Assembly (NCBI GenBank): GCA_027319565.1 | Contig: DAHVNA010000037.1 | Coordinates: 1-19,235, forward strand | Source: Elusimicrobiota bacterium | GTDB lineage: Bacteria > Elusimicrobiota > Elusimicrobia > UBA1565 > UBA9628 | Length of the DNA stretch: 19,235 bases | Direction of reading: 5' to 3' | The notes under the pieces: generated by a model | What the model was told of the DNA's origin: nothing | Databases searched by the model: none | The model's input: the letters and a program-made list of their open reading frames with translations, nothing else | Made by a program: the position numbers and the translations under genes | Part shown: positions 1 to 7,872 of the stretch, piece after piece | Position numbering within the stretch: position 1 is the stretch's first letter | How the letters are laid out: the number at the start of each line of letters is the position of its first letter

Positions 1-2099
1 TCTTCGGTCACTTTTTTGATCGTGCGATTTCGTAGAGAAAGAAGACCTTCCCCCTCCCCCCACTTGGTTTCATAAACCATGGTCCAAATTTTTCTTAAGA
101 AGCGATAAGAGCCTTCAATGGAGCGCATATCCCAGGGTTTTGACTGTTCAAAAGGCCCCATGAACATTTCATAAATTCTGAAAACATCCGCCCCATAACG
201 CGCGATGACGGAATCGGGACTGACGACATTTTTCTTGGATTTGGACATCTTCTCAACTTGACTGGAAAGTTTTTCCTCGGTTTTTAAAAGGACCGGCTCT
301 CCATTGGAATTAAACGAAACGTCTTCATAAGGGTGATAGACGCCGCTTGAATCACGATAGGAAAAAGAGAGAATGAGACCCTGATGGCGAAGTTTCTGAA
401 ACGGCTCTAAGGTCGAGACCAAGCCTTGATCAAAGAGAACTTTGTGCCAGAATCTCGCATACAGAAGATGGAGAACGGCGTGCTCGCTGCCTCCGACGTA
501 AACGTCGACCGGCATCCAGGCTTTTTCAATTTCCGGAGACCACGCTAAATCTTTATTTTTGGGGTCTATAAACCGCAAATAATACCAGCAAGACCCCGCC
601 CATTGCGGCATGGTGTTAGTTTCTCGCCGAGAAGAGGCTCCGCATTGCGGGCAAAAAGTCTGAACCCAGTCGGCAACTAAAGCCAAGGGAGATTCCCCGG
701 TGCCGGTGGGCTTATAATTAGACAGCTCCGGCAATAAAACCGGCAAGTCTTTTTCCGGAACCGGAACCACTCCGCATTTCGGACAATGGATAATGGGAAT
801 TGGTTCTCCCCAGTAACGCTGTCTTGAAAAAATCCAGTCGCGCAAGCGGTATTGAACCGCTTTTTTGCCGAGCCTTTTTTCTTCAAGAACTTGGACCATC
901 TTTTCCTTGGCCGCCGCGGTTGGAAGGCCTTCAATGGCCGGAGAATTGACGGCAATTCCGTCTTCCACATATGCATATTCTTTGACTTCATCCAAAAGAC
1001 CAGAGAAGGGGCGCACCACGGGAATAATCGGAAGGCCGAATTTTTTGGCAAAAGCGAAATCCCGCACGTCATGGGCAGGAACGGCCATGACCGCCCCCGT
1101 CCCGTAATTTCCAAGAACATAATCGGCAATCCAAATGGGAATTTTTTTTCCGGTCAGAGGGTGAACGGCATAAGAACCGGTGAAAACTCCGGTTTTATCT
1201 TTCTGCAAATCCGAACGCTCAAGCTCCGCTTTATTTTTTGACTCCTCAATATAGGCCGCTATCGCCGCAGCTTTGTCCAAAGAAGCCAGCTTAAGAGACA
1301 AGGCATGTTCCGGGGATAAAACCAGGTAGGTCACCCCGTAAAGGGTGTCAGGCCTGGTCGTGAAAATAGAAATAACATCCCCCGCCTCGGTATTGAAATT
1401 GATTTCGGCGCCTTCGGACTTTCCAATCCAATGCTTCTGCATCGCCAAAGTCGAATGAGGCCAATCCAAGGTTTCCAAATCTTTTTCAAGCCTCTCGGCA
1501 TAAGCGGTAATTTTAAGCGCCCATTGCCGGATATTTTTTCTTTCGACCTGGGTTTGGCAGCGCTCGCATACGCCGTTAAAAACCTCTTCATTGGCCAGCC
1601 CGGTTTTACAAGACGGACACCAATTAATCGGAGCCGTGCTTTCATAGGCAAGGCCTTTTTTGAAAAGTTCAAGAAATATCCATTGCGTCCACTTATAATA
1701 CCCGGGATCGGTGGTGTTGATTTCGCGGTCCCAATCGTAGGAAAAGCCCAAGGACTTCACCTGCCGCTTAAAATTGGCGATATTTTCCCGCGTAATTCCT
1801 TCCGGATGGCGGCCCGTTTGTATCGCGAAATTTTCCGCCGGAAGCCCAAAAGCGTCCCAGCCCATCGGATGCAAAACGTCGAAATCTTGCCGGCGCCTCA
1901 ACCGGCAAAGGATATCGGTCGCGATATAGCCTTCGGGGTGCCCGACGTGAAGGCCGGCTCCCGAAGGATAGGGAAACATGTCAAGGCAATAAAATTTCTT
2001 TCCGGCCCGGGGAGTCCTTGGAGCTTTAAAAATTCCCGAGGCTTCCCATTTTTCCTGCCATTTCGCCTCTATTTTAGAGAAATCAATCGAATCAGTCAT
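1..2099 (-). CDS. leuS: Leucine--tRNA ligase (partial; 3' end runs off the window)
   Basis: Absent from the ORF track because no stop lies in the window. Manual translation from ATG 2099 gives MTDSIDFSKIEAKWQEKWE…FYCLDMFPYPSGAGLHVGHPEGYIATD (HIGH-type motif) and QVEKMSKSKKNVVSPD (KMSKS) near 215-260. Confidence 0.97.
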   Translation of the reverse strand, partial: MTDSIDFSKIEAKWQEKWEASGIFKAPRTPRAGKKFYCLDMFPYPSGAGLHVGHPEGYIATDILCRLRRRQDFDVLHPMGWDAFGLPAENFAIQTGRHPEGITRENIANFKRQVKSLGFSYDWDREINTTDPGYYKWTQWIFLELFKKGLAYESTAPINWCPSCKTGLANEEVFNGVCERCQTQVERKNIRQWALKITAYAERLEKDLETLDWPHSTLAMQKHWIGKSEGAEINFNTEAGDVISIFTTRPDTLYGVTYLVLSPEHALSLKLASLDKAAAIAAYIEESKNKAELERSDLQKDKTGVFTGSYAVHPLTGKKIPIWIADYVLGNYGTGAVMAVPAHDVRDFAFAKKFGLPIIPVVRPFSGLLDEVKEYAYVEDGIAVNSPAIEGLPTAAAKEKMVQVLEEKRLGKKAVQYRLRDWIFSRQRYWGEPIPIIHCPKCGVVPVPEKDLPVLLPELSNYKPTGTGESPLALVADWVQTFCPQCGASSRRETNTMPQWAGSCWYYLRFIDPKNKDLAWSPEIEKAWMPVDVYVGGSEHAVLHLLYARFWHKVLFDQGLVSTLEPFQKLRHQGLILSFSYRDSSGVYHPYEDVSFNSNGEPVLLKTEEKLSSQVEKMSKSKKNVVSPDSVIARYGADVFRIYEMFMGPFEQSKPWDMRSIEGSYRFLRKIWTMVYETKWGEGEGLLSLRNRTIKKVTE

Positions 2100-2106
2100 A
2101 AAAATT

Positions 2107-2180
2107 TGCGCCCGGCAGGACTTGAACCTGCGACCCTCCCGTTATGAGCGGGGTGCTCTGACCAACTGAGCTACGGGCGC
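2107..2180 (-). tRNA. tRNA with CAT anticodon, probably tRNA-Ile2 (lysidine) rather than Met; CCA not encoded
   Basis: GCGCCCG-TA-GCTC AGTTGGTCA GAGC-A-CCCCG CTCATAA CGGGA-GGGTC-GCAGG TTCAAGT CCTGC-CGGGCGC-A folds as a cloverleaf. It has a G1-C72 pair and no GGG/CCC initiator stem. C4-G69 and C5-G68 resemble TilS determinants. Ile2 versus elongator Met is an inference. Confidence 0.9.
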
Positions 2181-2289
2181 GTGCGTAAAGTCTTTCTTCA
2201 TAGACGCCCGCGCACGCTCTCACTCCGCGAGAGAGGAATGCAGGCGCGTGCGTAAAGTCTTTTAGACGCAGGCGCATGCGTAAATCTTT
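2176..2289. repeat. Three imperfect ~20-bp direct repeats GGCGC(G/A)TGCGTAAA(G)TCTTT
   Basis: Copies at 2176-2195, 2243-2262 and 2271-2289. The first overlaps the first 5 nt of the tRNA. Confidence 0.85.
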
Positions 2290-2333
2290 CCGTGCCCTTG
2301 AAATAGCAGGCCGACGGAAAGTTCCGCAGGTTC

Positions 2334-2342
2334 ATTTTAACA
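2334..2342 (-). promoter_or_regulatory. Candidate extended -10 promoter (TG-T-TAAAAT) for tRNA-leuS
   Basis: Reverse complement of 2334-2342 reads TGTTAAAAT, about 150 nt upstream of the tRNA. Confidence 0.5.
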
Positions 2343-2376
2343 AAAAGAGCCTCCCCTTTTATTTCAAGAAATCAAA

Positions 2377-2393
2377 TGTCACGCGTTTGTTAC
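2377..2393 (+). promoter_or_regulatory. Pho-box-like direct repeat (TGTCAC-N5-TGTTAC)
   Basis: Two TGT(C/T)AC half-sites with an 11-bp period (2377 and 2388), upstream of a phosphate transport operon. Confidence 0.5.
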
Positions 2394-2414
2394 TTGATCG
2401 TTGCTCTAAGGCCA

Positions 2415-2444
2415 TTGACAGAAAAGCCCCCAAATCGATACCCT
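2415..2444 (+). promoter_or_regulatory. Sigma70-type promoter TTGACA-N18-TACCCT, probably leaderless
   Basis: TTGACA at 2415-2420 and TAnnnT at 2439-2444. ATG follows at 2451 with no SD. Confidence 0.5.
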
Positions 2445-2450
2445 AATCTC

Positions 2451-3074
2451 ATGATGAGATTTATCCCCAGAGAAGAGAAATTTTTCGATTTGTTCGAAGC
2501 CCAGGCCGAGCACAACGTTCACGCCGCGCGCGTCTTTAAGGATTTGGTCGCCCAATGGGACCTGGAATCCCCCTCGTTTCAGAAGATCCAAGATATCGAA
2601 CATGAAGCCGATATCACGACTCACGAAATTTACGATCGCCTAAACCGCACTTTTATCACGCCCTTTGACCGCGAGGATATTCACGAACTCGCTTCTGAAT
2701 TAGATGATATTGTCGATCTGGTTCAATCGGTCTCCATGCGAATGCGCATTTACCGCATCGATCGCTCCGACCCGGCGCTCCTGAGCCTTTCAGAGATACT
2801 TCTCAACGCCACCGAAAATATCCACAAAGCCGTAACAGAATTGCGGCGTTCGGAAAAACAAAGGCGGGTTTTGGATTACTGCATCGAGATTAACCGGCTT
2901 GAGAACGCGGGAGACAAAGCGCTTGAAGAAGCCCTTCGGCATCTTTTCGAGGGTCAACCCGAACCTCTCAACGTCATTAAGTGGAAAGAAGTATATGAGG
3001 GCATCGAAACAGCCATTGATAAATGCGAGGATGTCGCTAACGTTTTAGAATCGATCCTCGTTAAGTCTTCCTAA
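2451..3074 (+). CDS. DUF47/PhoU-like phosphate transport regulator (Pit accessory protein)
   Basis: MMRFIPREEKFFDLF…EHEADITTHEIYDRLNRTFITPFDREDIHELASELDDIVD…INRLENAGD…KWKEVYEGIETAIDKCEDVANVLESI is the typical DUF47 signature. Start moved from 2376 to ATG 2451 (or 2454). TAATG overlap with pit. Confidence 0.92.
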   Translation: MMRFIPREEKFFDLFEAQAEHNVHAARVFKDLVAQWDLESPSFQKIQDIEHEADITTHEIYDRLNRTFITPFDREDIHELASELDDIVDLVQSVSMRMRIYRIDRSDPALLSLSEILLNATENIHKAVTELRRSEKQRRVLDYCIEINRLENAGDKALEEALRHLFEGQPEPLNVIKWKEVYEGIETAIDKCEDVANVLESILVKSS

Positions 3075-4069
3075 TGCCGCACTTATTGATCGTCTACGGA
3101 ATCGTCTTTCTTGCCCTTTTTTTCGATTTTTTAAACGGCATGCACGATGCCGCCAATGAAATCGCGACCGTGGTTTCAACCCGTGTTCTCTCTCCGCGCA
3201 ACGCCGTTTTATGGGCCGCCTGCTTTCATATGGTCGCGGCCTTTGGCTTTGGCGTTCATGTCGCGACGGCTATTGGCAAGGGTCTCATCAATCCTTCCGT
3301 CATGGACAATGCCGTTATTTTGGGAGCTCTCGTTGGGGGGTCCTTGTGGAATTATTTTACCATTACCCTCGGCTTGCCGGTCAGCTCGTCTCATTCCCTG
3401 ATTGGCGGCTTGGTGGGCGCGGCCGTCGCCAAGGCGGGTTGGGGCTGCCTCCTTTATAAGGGGATCGGCCTTGTCGTGGCCTTCATGATCCTGTCTCCCA
3501 TCGCGGGCCTTCTGTTGGGCTATATCCTCATGATCTCTAGTTTTTGGATTTTTCGCAAAACCTCGCCGCACCGCGTGGATTCGTTTTCTCGGGTCGGGCA
3601 ATTGGCCTCCTCGGCTTTTTTGAGCTTGTCGCATGGCCTTAACGACGCGCAAAAAACGATGGGCGTCATCGCGATTCTTCTTTTTTCAAACGGATTTCTC
3701 GGCGCGCACTTTTATATCCCCAAATGGGTAATTTTGAGTTGCTATTTTATTATGTCCTTGGGAACCCTGGCCGGGGGCTGGAAGGTGGTCCACACCGTCG
3801 GACAGCGCGTGACGAAATTGCGCCCGCTGAGCGGCATGTGCGCGGATCTAGGTTCCGGGACGGTCATGTTTGTCTGCGGAATGGCGGGAATTCCGATTTC
3901 AACGACCCATCTTGTCAATGGAACGCTGATGGGAGTCGGAGCCACTCAAAGGCTGTCGGCGGTTCGTTGGGGAGTCGTCCATGAAATCATCGTCGCTTGG
4001 TTTTTAACCATTCCTTGCGCTGCCGCGGTCGCCGCCATCAGCTATCATATTTTCGCTCATTTCATTTGA
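3074..4069 (+). CDS. pit: Inorganic phosphate transporter, PiT family
   Basis: NGMHDAANEIAT and HGLNDAQKTMG signatures, GLPVSSSHSLIGG, GIPISTTH and multiple TM helices. Confidence 0.95.
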   Translation: MPHLLIVYGIVFLALFFDFLNGMHDAANEIATVVSTRVLSPRNAVLWAACFHMVAAFGFGVHVATAIGKGLINPSVMDNAVILGALVGGSLWNYFTITLGLPVSSSHSLIGGLVGAAVAKAGWGCLLYKGIGLVVAFMILSPIAGLLLGYILMISSFWIFRKTSPHRVDSFSRVGQLASSAFLSLSHGLNDAQKTMGVIAILLFSNGFLGAHFYIPKWVILSCYFIMSLGTLAGGWKVVHTVGQRVTKLRPLSGMCADLGSGTVMFVCGMAGIPISTTHLVNGTLMGVGATQRLSAVRWGVVHEIIVAWFLTIPCAAAVAAISYHIFAHFI

Positions 4070-4117
4070 CTTTAAGCGCCAAAAGGTGGACAATAACAGG
4101 GTCAAGGAGATTTTCCC

Positions 4118-4486
4118 ATGAAAAGAAATTTAATGCGCTTTCGAGGATACCCCCTGTTTATCTCAAGCGCGCTTTTACTGGCGAGCCTTTCGGGATGTCT
4201 CTACACCAACACCTACGCTCCCAATTCCTACCGTTCAGCGACGCCCATTGACGTCAAAGCCGCCGTTTCCGATCCTATTGTTTCCGGAATGGGATGCACC
4301 TACTCCGCTTTGTGGCTCGTCAGCTGGGGAAACTCGGGATACGCTCTTGCCACTCAAAAAGCGCTCAAAAACGATCCTCAAGGCGTTCTCTATGACGTTA
4401 AATCAGATTTAAAGGTGACCTCTTATTTGCTCGGCCTCTGGACTCGAGCCTGCACCATCGTCACCGGAAGAGCCGGTCACGTGTGA
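4118..4486 (+). CDS. TRL-like lipoprotein
   Basis: Lipobox LSGC. The pattern GxxC…LVSWGNSGY…YDVKSD…LGL…CTIVTG resembles the TRL-like family. AAGGAG SD upstream. Confidence 0.65.
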   Translation: MKRNLMRFRGYPLFISSALLLASLSGCLYTNTYAPNSYRSATPIDVKAAVSDPIVSGMGCTYSALWLVSWGNSGYALATQKALKNDPQGVLYDVKSDLKVTSYLLGLWTRACTIVTGRAGHV

Positions 4487-4944
4487 AAAGACCCCTTCTT
4501 ATCGCCTTTTTCGCATTTCTATTCTTTCCTTCAAAGGCTCTCGCCGCGACCTATAATCAATATCCAAGCGTCGTCAGCCCCAGCGGATATTTCATCGTCT
4601 ATGACGTTCAAGGAACCCTTTCCTTTGAGCCCTCAACCCGCTGGGAACTTCCAAAAAACATCCTGGATCGCGGAGAAGTTCTAGGACAAAGCTGCGCCTA
4701 TGCTCTGAGTATTCCCCTTTCCTTGGCTCTAAGCACGACTAAGATTTCCGGGGCTTACGGAGAAAATGGATACAATAAAGCGGTCAAAAATATTTTAAAA
4801 ACCCACCCCAACATTACCGGAATTTACGACGTCAAGGTCGACACGCATATCATCACTGTTTTAGGAATTTTTACCCGCCAATGCCTGGAATTAACGGCAA
4901 GAGCATTTCAAATTCCGACATCCAGTCCGAGGCAAAAAACATGA
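4483..4944 (+). CDS. Second TRL-like exported protein (paralog of the previous gene)
   Basis: Signal peptide ending in ALA. GQSC…YGENGYNKAV…IYDVKVD…VLGIFTRQCLELTA aligns with the upstream gene. GTGA start/stop overlap. Confidence 0.6.
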   Translation: MKRPLLIAFFAFLFFPSKALAATYNQYPSVVSPSGYFIVYDVQGTLSFEPSTRWELPKNILDRGEVLGQSCAYALSIPLSLALSTTKISGAYGENGYNKAVKNILKTHPNITGIYDVKVDTHIITVLGIFTRQCLELTARAFQIPTSSPRQKT

Positions 4945-5519
4945 GAGAAATAATTCTATCCTTCGATCGTTATCTGTTTCACATTATCAACGGCGTTCTC
5001 GTTTGCCGTCCTCTTGATTATGCGATGCCCACCATTACGGATTTTCATAAAATTTCCCTCGTTCGCTTTCTCCTTTTACCGGCGATCGTCCTTTTTTGGA
5101 TTTGGAAAAGAAAAAAAGAAGCCTTAAAGGTGATTTTAGTTCTCGGCATTGTCGCGGGATTTACCGATTTAATCGCCCACCGAATCATTAAGCCTTTAGT
5201 GGGCCGCCTAAGACCTCCTTTATCCGGCATTCCCGTGATCGTGCGCGCGCCCTACGGAGGGAAACTCAGTTTTCCCTCTAATCATGCGGCGAACATGTTT
5301 GCCGCGGCCGCGGTCTTAAGCGCCGCCTACCCGTCTTTAACTCCGCTATTTTATTCCGCGGCCGTCATCGTCTCCTACAGCCGCGTCTATGTAGGGGTTC
5401 ATTACCCCTTAGACGTCATCGGCGGAGCGGTGTTGGGGTCTTTGATCGCCTTTATCGCGATACGGGCCGCCCGCAAGACCGGAGTTTTCCCCCAGCCAGA
5501 AGCTCCTAAAAAAGCTTAG
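4941..5519 (+). CDS. PAP2-family membrane phosphatase
   Basis: KxxxxRxRP (KPLVGRLRP), SFPSNHA and [13 protein letters not shown] motifs. ATG 4941 overlaps the upstream stop (ATGA). Confidence 0.92.
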   Translation: MREIILSFDRYLFHIINGVLVCRPLDYAMPTITDFHKISLVRFLLLPAIVLFWIWKRKKEALKVILVLGIVAGFTDLIAHRIIKPLVGRLRPPLSGIPVIVRAPYGGKLSFPSNHAANMFAAAAVLSAAYPSLTPLFYSAAVIVSYSRVYVGVHYPLDVIGGAVLGSLIAFIAIRAARKTGVFPQPEAPKKA

Positions 5520-7105
5520 TGACCGCGAAAAAGATTTCGGCGCTTTTTCTTTTCATCGTCTTGCCCTCCGTTTTATTTATCTTAAAGAAAAATCAACTCT
5601 CTATTCCGCTCATCAGCGACGAAGGGGAATACGCCTATGAAGCTCGCCTACTCTCCGGACAAGGACTGCCCTATTTAGACGCTTACAATCAAAAGCCTCC
5701 GCTCATTTTCTTTCTCTACCGATGGGCCTATCAATTTTCCTCGAATCCCCTTGCCCCTAGAATTCTCAGCTTTATTTTCTCATGTCTAACCCTCTTTTTT
5801 CTTTTTTTCATCACCCCTGAAAGTTTTAGCCTTCTCTCCCGATTGGCGGCCCCAAGTTTTTTCGTCATTCTCAGCTCGACTCCCTTGGCCGATTTATTTT
5901 CGGCTAATTGCGAAATGTTTTTGATCTTGTTTAACGCGGTCTCGATTTGGGCTTTGCTTCAATTCTGGAAAAATCCCCGGAATCTTTTATGGCCGCTTAT
6001 CTCCGGCTTTTTTTGCGGCCTGGCCCTCATGACCAAACAAACCGCCTTCTGGTTTGTCTTGGGTCTCATCCCCTTTTGGGCTCTTAAGCGCGAAACCCGC
6101 CCGCGAACTTTTATCCAGATAAGCTCTTTTCTGCTGGGAACCCTTTTAGTCCCGGCCGTTTGCGCTTTTTATTTTTTTGCCAGAGGAGATTTAAGAGCCT
6201 TCGCGCAAGAAGCCTTTTTCAACAACGGAAGATACATCGCGGTCATCTCAAAGCTGGGATGGAATTCCATCGTCCAGCACGTTTTAATCTGGTGGGGCGG
6301 CTGGTATCTAACGAAAGCAGTGATCCCCAACTCGACGATATGGGCGCTTTGTCTCTACGGCTTAAGCGTTTTAAAAATAAGCGAAGAAAACCGCTTCGGG
6401 GTTTTAGCGACCCTTTGGCTGGGAACGAGTTTTATGGGGGCCATGACCGGGCTTTTTTTATTTCCCCACTATTTTTTTACGGTCTATCCTCCGCTGGCTG
6501 TCTTAGCGGCCCAGGGCCTTGAGTGCCTTCGCGAAAAATATCGCCTCTCTTCGCGTTCTGTGGGAATTTTAATTTTCGCGTTTTGCCTCTATCCGGTTTT
6601 GATTCAAAGCCGCGCTTATTTTGACGAAACTCCTCTTGAGCTTTCAAAAACCCTTCTCTACCCCAATCCCCTTTTTGAATCGAAACTCATCGCCCAGGAA
6701 ATCAGAAAAGAGACGAGCCCCTCGCAAAAAATCTACATCTTCGGTTCCGAGCCTGAAATTTATATTTATAGCGGGCGCAAGGCCGCAACCCCCTACATCA
6801 CTTCTTATCCTCTGACCTTATTCCCCAAGAATAAATCCCAGATATCGGAAGAGTTGTCCAGACTTGAGAAATCCCCTCCGGAATTAATTGTTTATTCCGA
6901 CATCGCGGGCTCCCAAGTCATCGGATCGGCTTTGGGACTTTATTTTAGAGACCAGATTCAAAATTTTCTCAAAGCCCGTTATTTGCCCGTTGGGAAAGCG
7001 CCGGTCTTACGCGCGAACGCGCCGCCGCAGTTTATTCCGGAGACGGCTTTTCCGAAATTAGACTACACAAACGCCCTCTATCTTTTTCGTTTAAAAAAAT
7101 CCTAG
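5519..7105 (+). CDS. ArnT/PMT (GT39/GT83-like) membrane glycosyltransferase
   Basis: DEGEY…GLPYLDAYNQKPPL motif, GLALMTKQ, many TM segments and a C-terminal extracytoplasmic domain. Confidence 0.8.
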   Translation: MTAKKISALFLFIVLPSVLFILKKNQLSIPLISDEGEYAYEARLLSGQGLPYLDAYNQKPPLIFFLYRWAYQFSSNPLAPRILSFIFSCLTLFFLFFITPESFSLLSRLAAPSFFVILSSTPLADLFSANCEMFLILFNAVSIWALLQFWKNPRNLLWPLISGFFCGLALMTKQTAFWFVLGLIPFWALKRETRPRTFIQISSFLLGTLLVPAVCAFYFFARGDLRAFAQEAFFNNGRYIAVISKLGWNSIVQHVLIWWGGWYLTKAVIPNSTIWALCLYGLSVLKISEENRFGVLATLWLGTSFMGAMTGLFLFPHYFFTVYPPLAVLAAQGLECLREKYRLSSRSVGILIFAFCLYPVLIQSRAYFDETPLELSKTLLYPNPLFESKLIAQEIRKETSPSQKIYIFGSEPEIYIYSGRKAATPYITSYPLTLFPKNKSQISEELSRLEKSPPELIVYSDIAGSQVIGSALGLYFRDQIQNFLKARYLPVGKAPVLRANAPPQFIPETAFPKLDYTNALYLFRLKKS

Positions 7106-7770
7106 GAACACGAAGCGGTTCCTTCTTTACAGCCATAGCGGGCCTGATAAAAACATTCTTGTTGAAGCTCTTGGTTTTTTTGGACATGCTTTTCGCATCT
7201 TCTCTCAAGGCCCAGTGACTTTTGATAAGAATCATCCTTTTGAAGACAGCGTCTAAGACAACTTTTTTGACAAGACCTTCGCGAAAAATAAAAATTTTTC
7301 CGTTTCAAACATCGGGCGCGGCATTGGGGCTTGCAATTTCGTTTTAACTCCTCTTGAGCAAGCGACGCGTAAGCGGCCTCGCAATGAATGACGCCATTTC
7401 GAACGCAAAGTTTTGAATTCCACTCAACGCAGCGCTCAATAGAACAGGAAGCCCCTGGCGAGACATTCTGGGGGTTATCCCCATTGGGATTTTCGCTATA
7501 TTCCGAAGGAATTTGTCCCTGAAAGGCCGAGTGGACCGTCGGCGCGCGAACGGAGGGCTGTGAAACCTCAAACTCATTTCCGGATACGGATTTCACCTCG
7601 TCGTTATGGGTAAAATTATTCTTAAGCCGCGAGAAATCGACCGCGGTGTTATCCGACTGATATCCGGAGACATTCCCATTGAGAGTTGGAAACTGTTGCG
7701 CCCGCGATGAAAAGATGAAAACTCCTCCCGCAAAAACCACTAATATCAGGATGAACGCCCATTTTCGCAT
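7102..7770 (-). CDS. Secreted or membrane-anchored cysteine-rich hypothetical protein
   Basis: N-terminal hydrophobic signal, a polar linker and 14 Cys in the C-terminal ~115 aa. It has its own consensus promoter. Confidence 0.75.
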   Translation of the reverse strand: MRKWAFILILVVFAGGVFIFSSRAQQFPTLNGNVSGYQSDNTAVDFSRLKNNFTHNDEVKSVSGNEFEVSQPSVRAPTVHSAFQGQIPSEYSENPNGDNPQNVSPGASCSIERCVEWNSKLCVRNGVIHCEAAYASLAQEELKRNCKPQCRARCLKRKNFYFSRRSCQKSCLRRCLQKDDSYQKSLGLERRCEKHVQKNQELQQECFYQARYGCKEGTASCS

Positions 7771-7776
7771 AAAATC

Positions 7777-7805
7777 ATTATGCGCTGAGTTTGAGCGTTT
7801 GTCAA
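7777..7805 (-). promoter_or_regulatory. Sigma70 promoter TTGACA-N17-CATAAT, leaderless
   Basis: On the minus strand, TTGACA at 7805-7800, a 17-nt spacer, CATAAT at 7782-7777, then 6 nt to ATG 7770. Confidence 0.8.
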
Positions 7806-7872
7806 TTGGGAAGAAAAAAACACGGTAAATTTTGAAAATACCGAATTCGAGGCTATCGCTAGGAATTTGACG

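Noticed and set aside
677..2277. ORF-track entries over leuS and the tRNA (e.g. 1431..2147 +, 677..1129 -, 2092..2277 -)
   Set aside because: They are shadow or off-frame ORFs overlapping the clear leuS frame and the tRNA.
2176..2289. Possible mini-CRISPR array
   Set aside because: The repeats are only ~20 bp with very unequal spacers (47 and 8 bp), they overlap a tRNA, and there are no cas genes.
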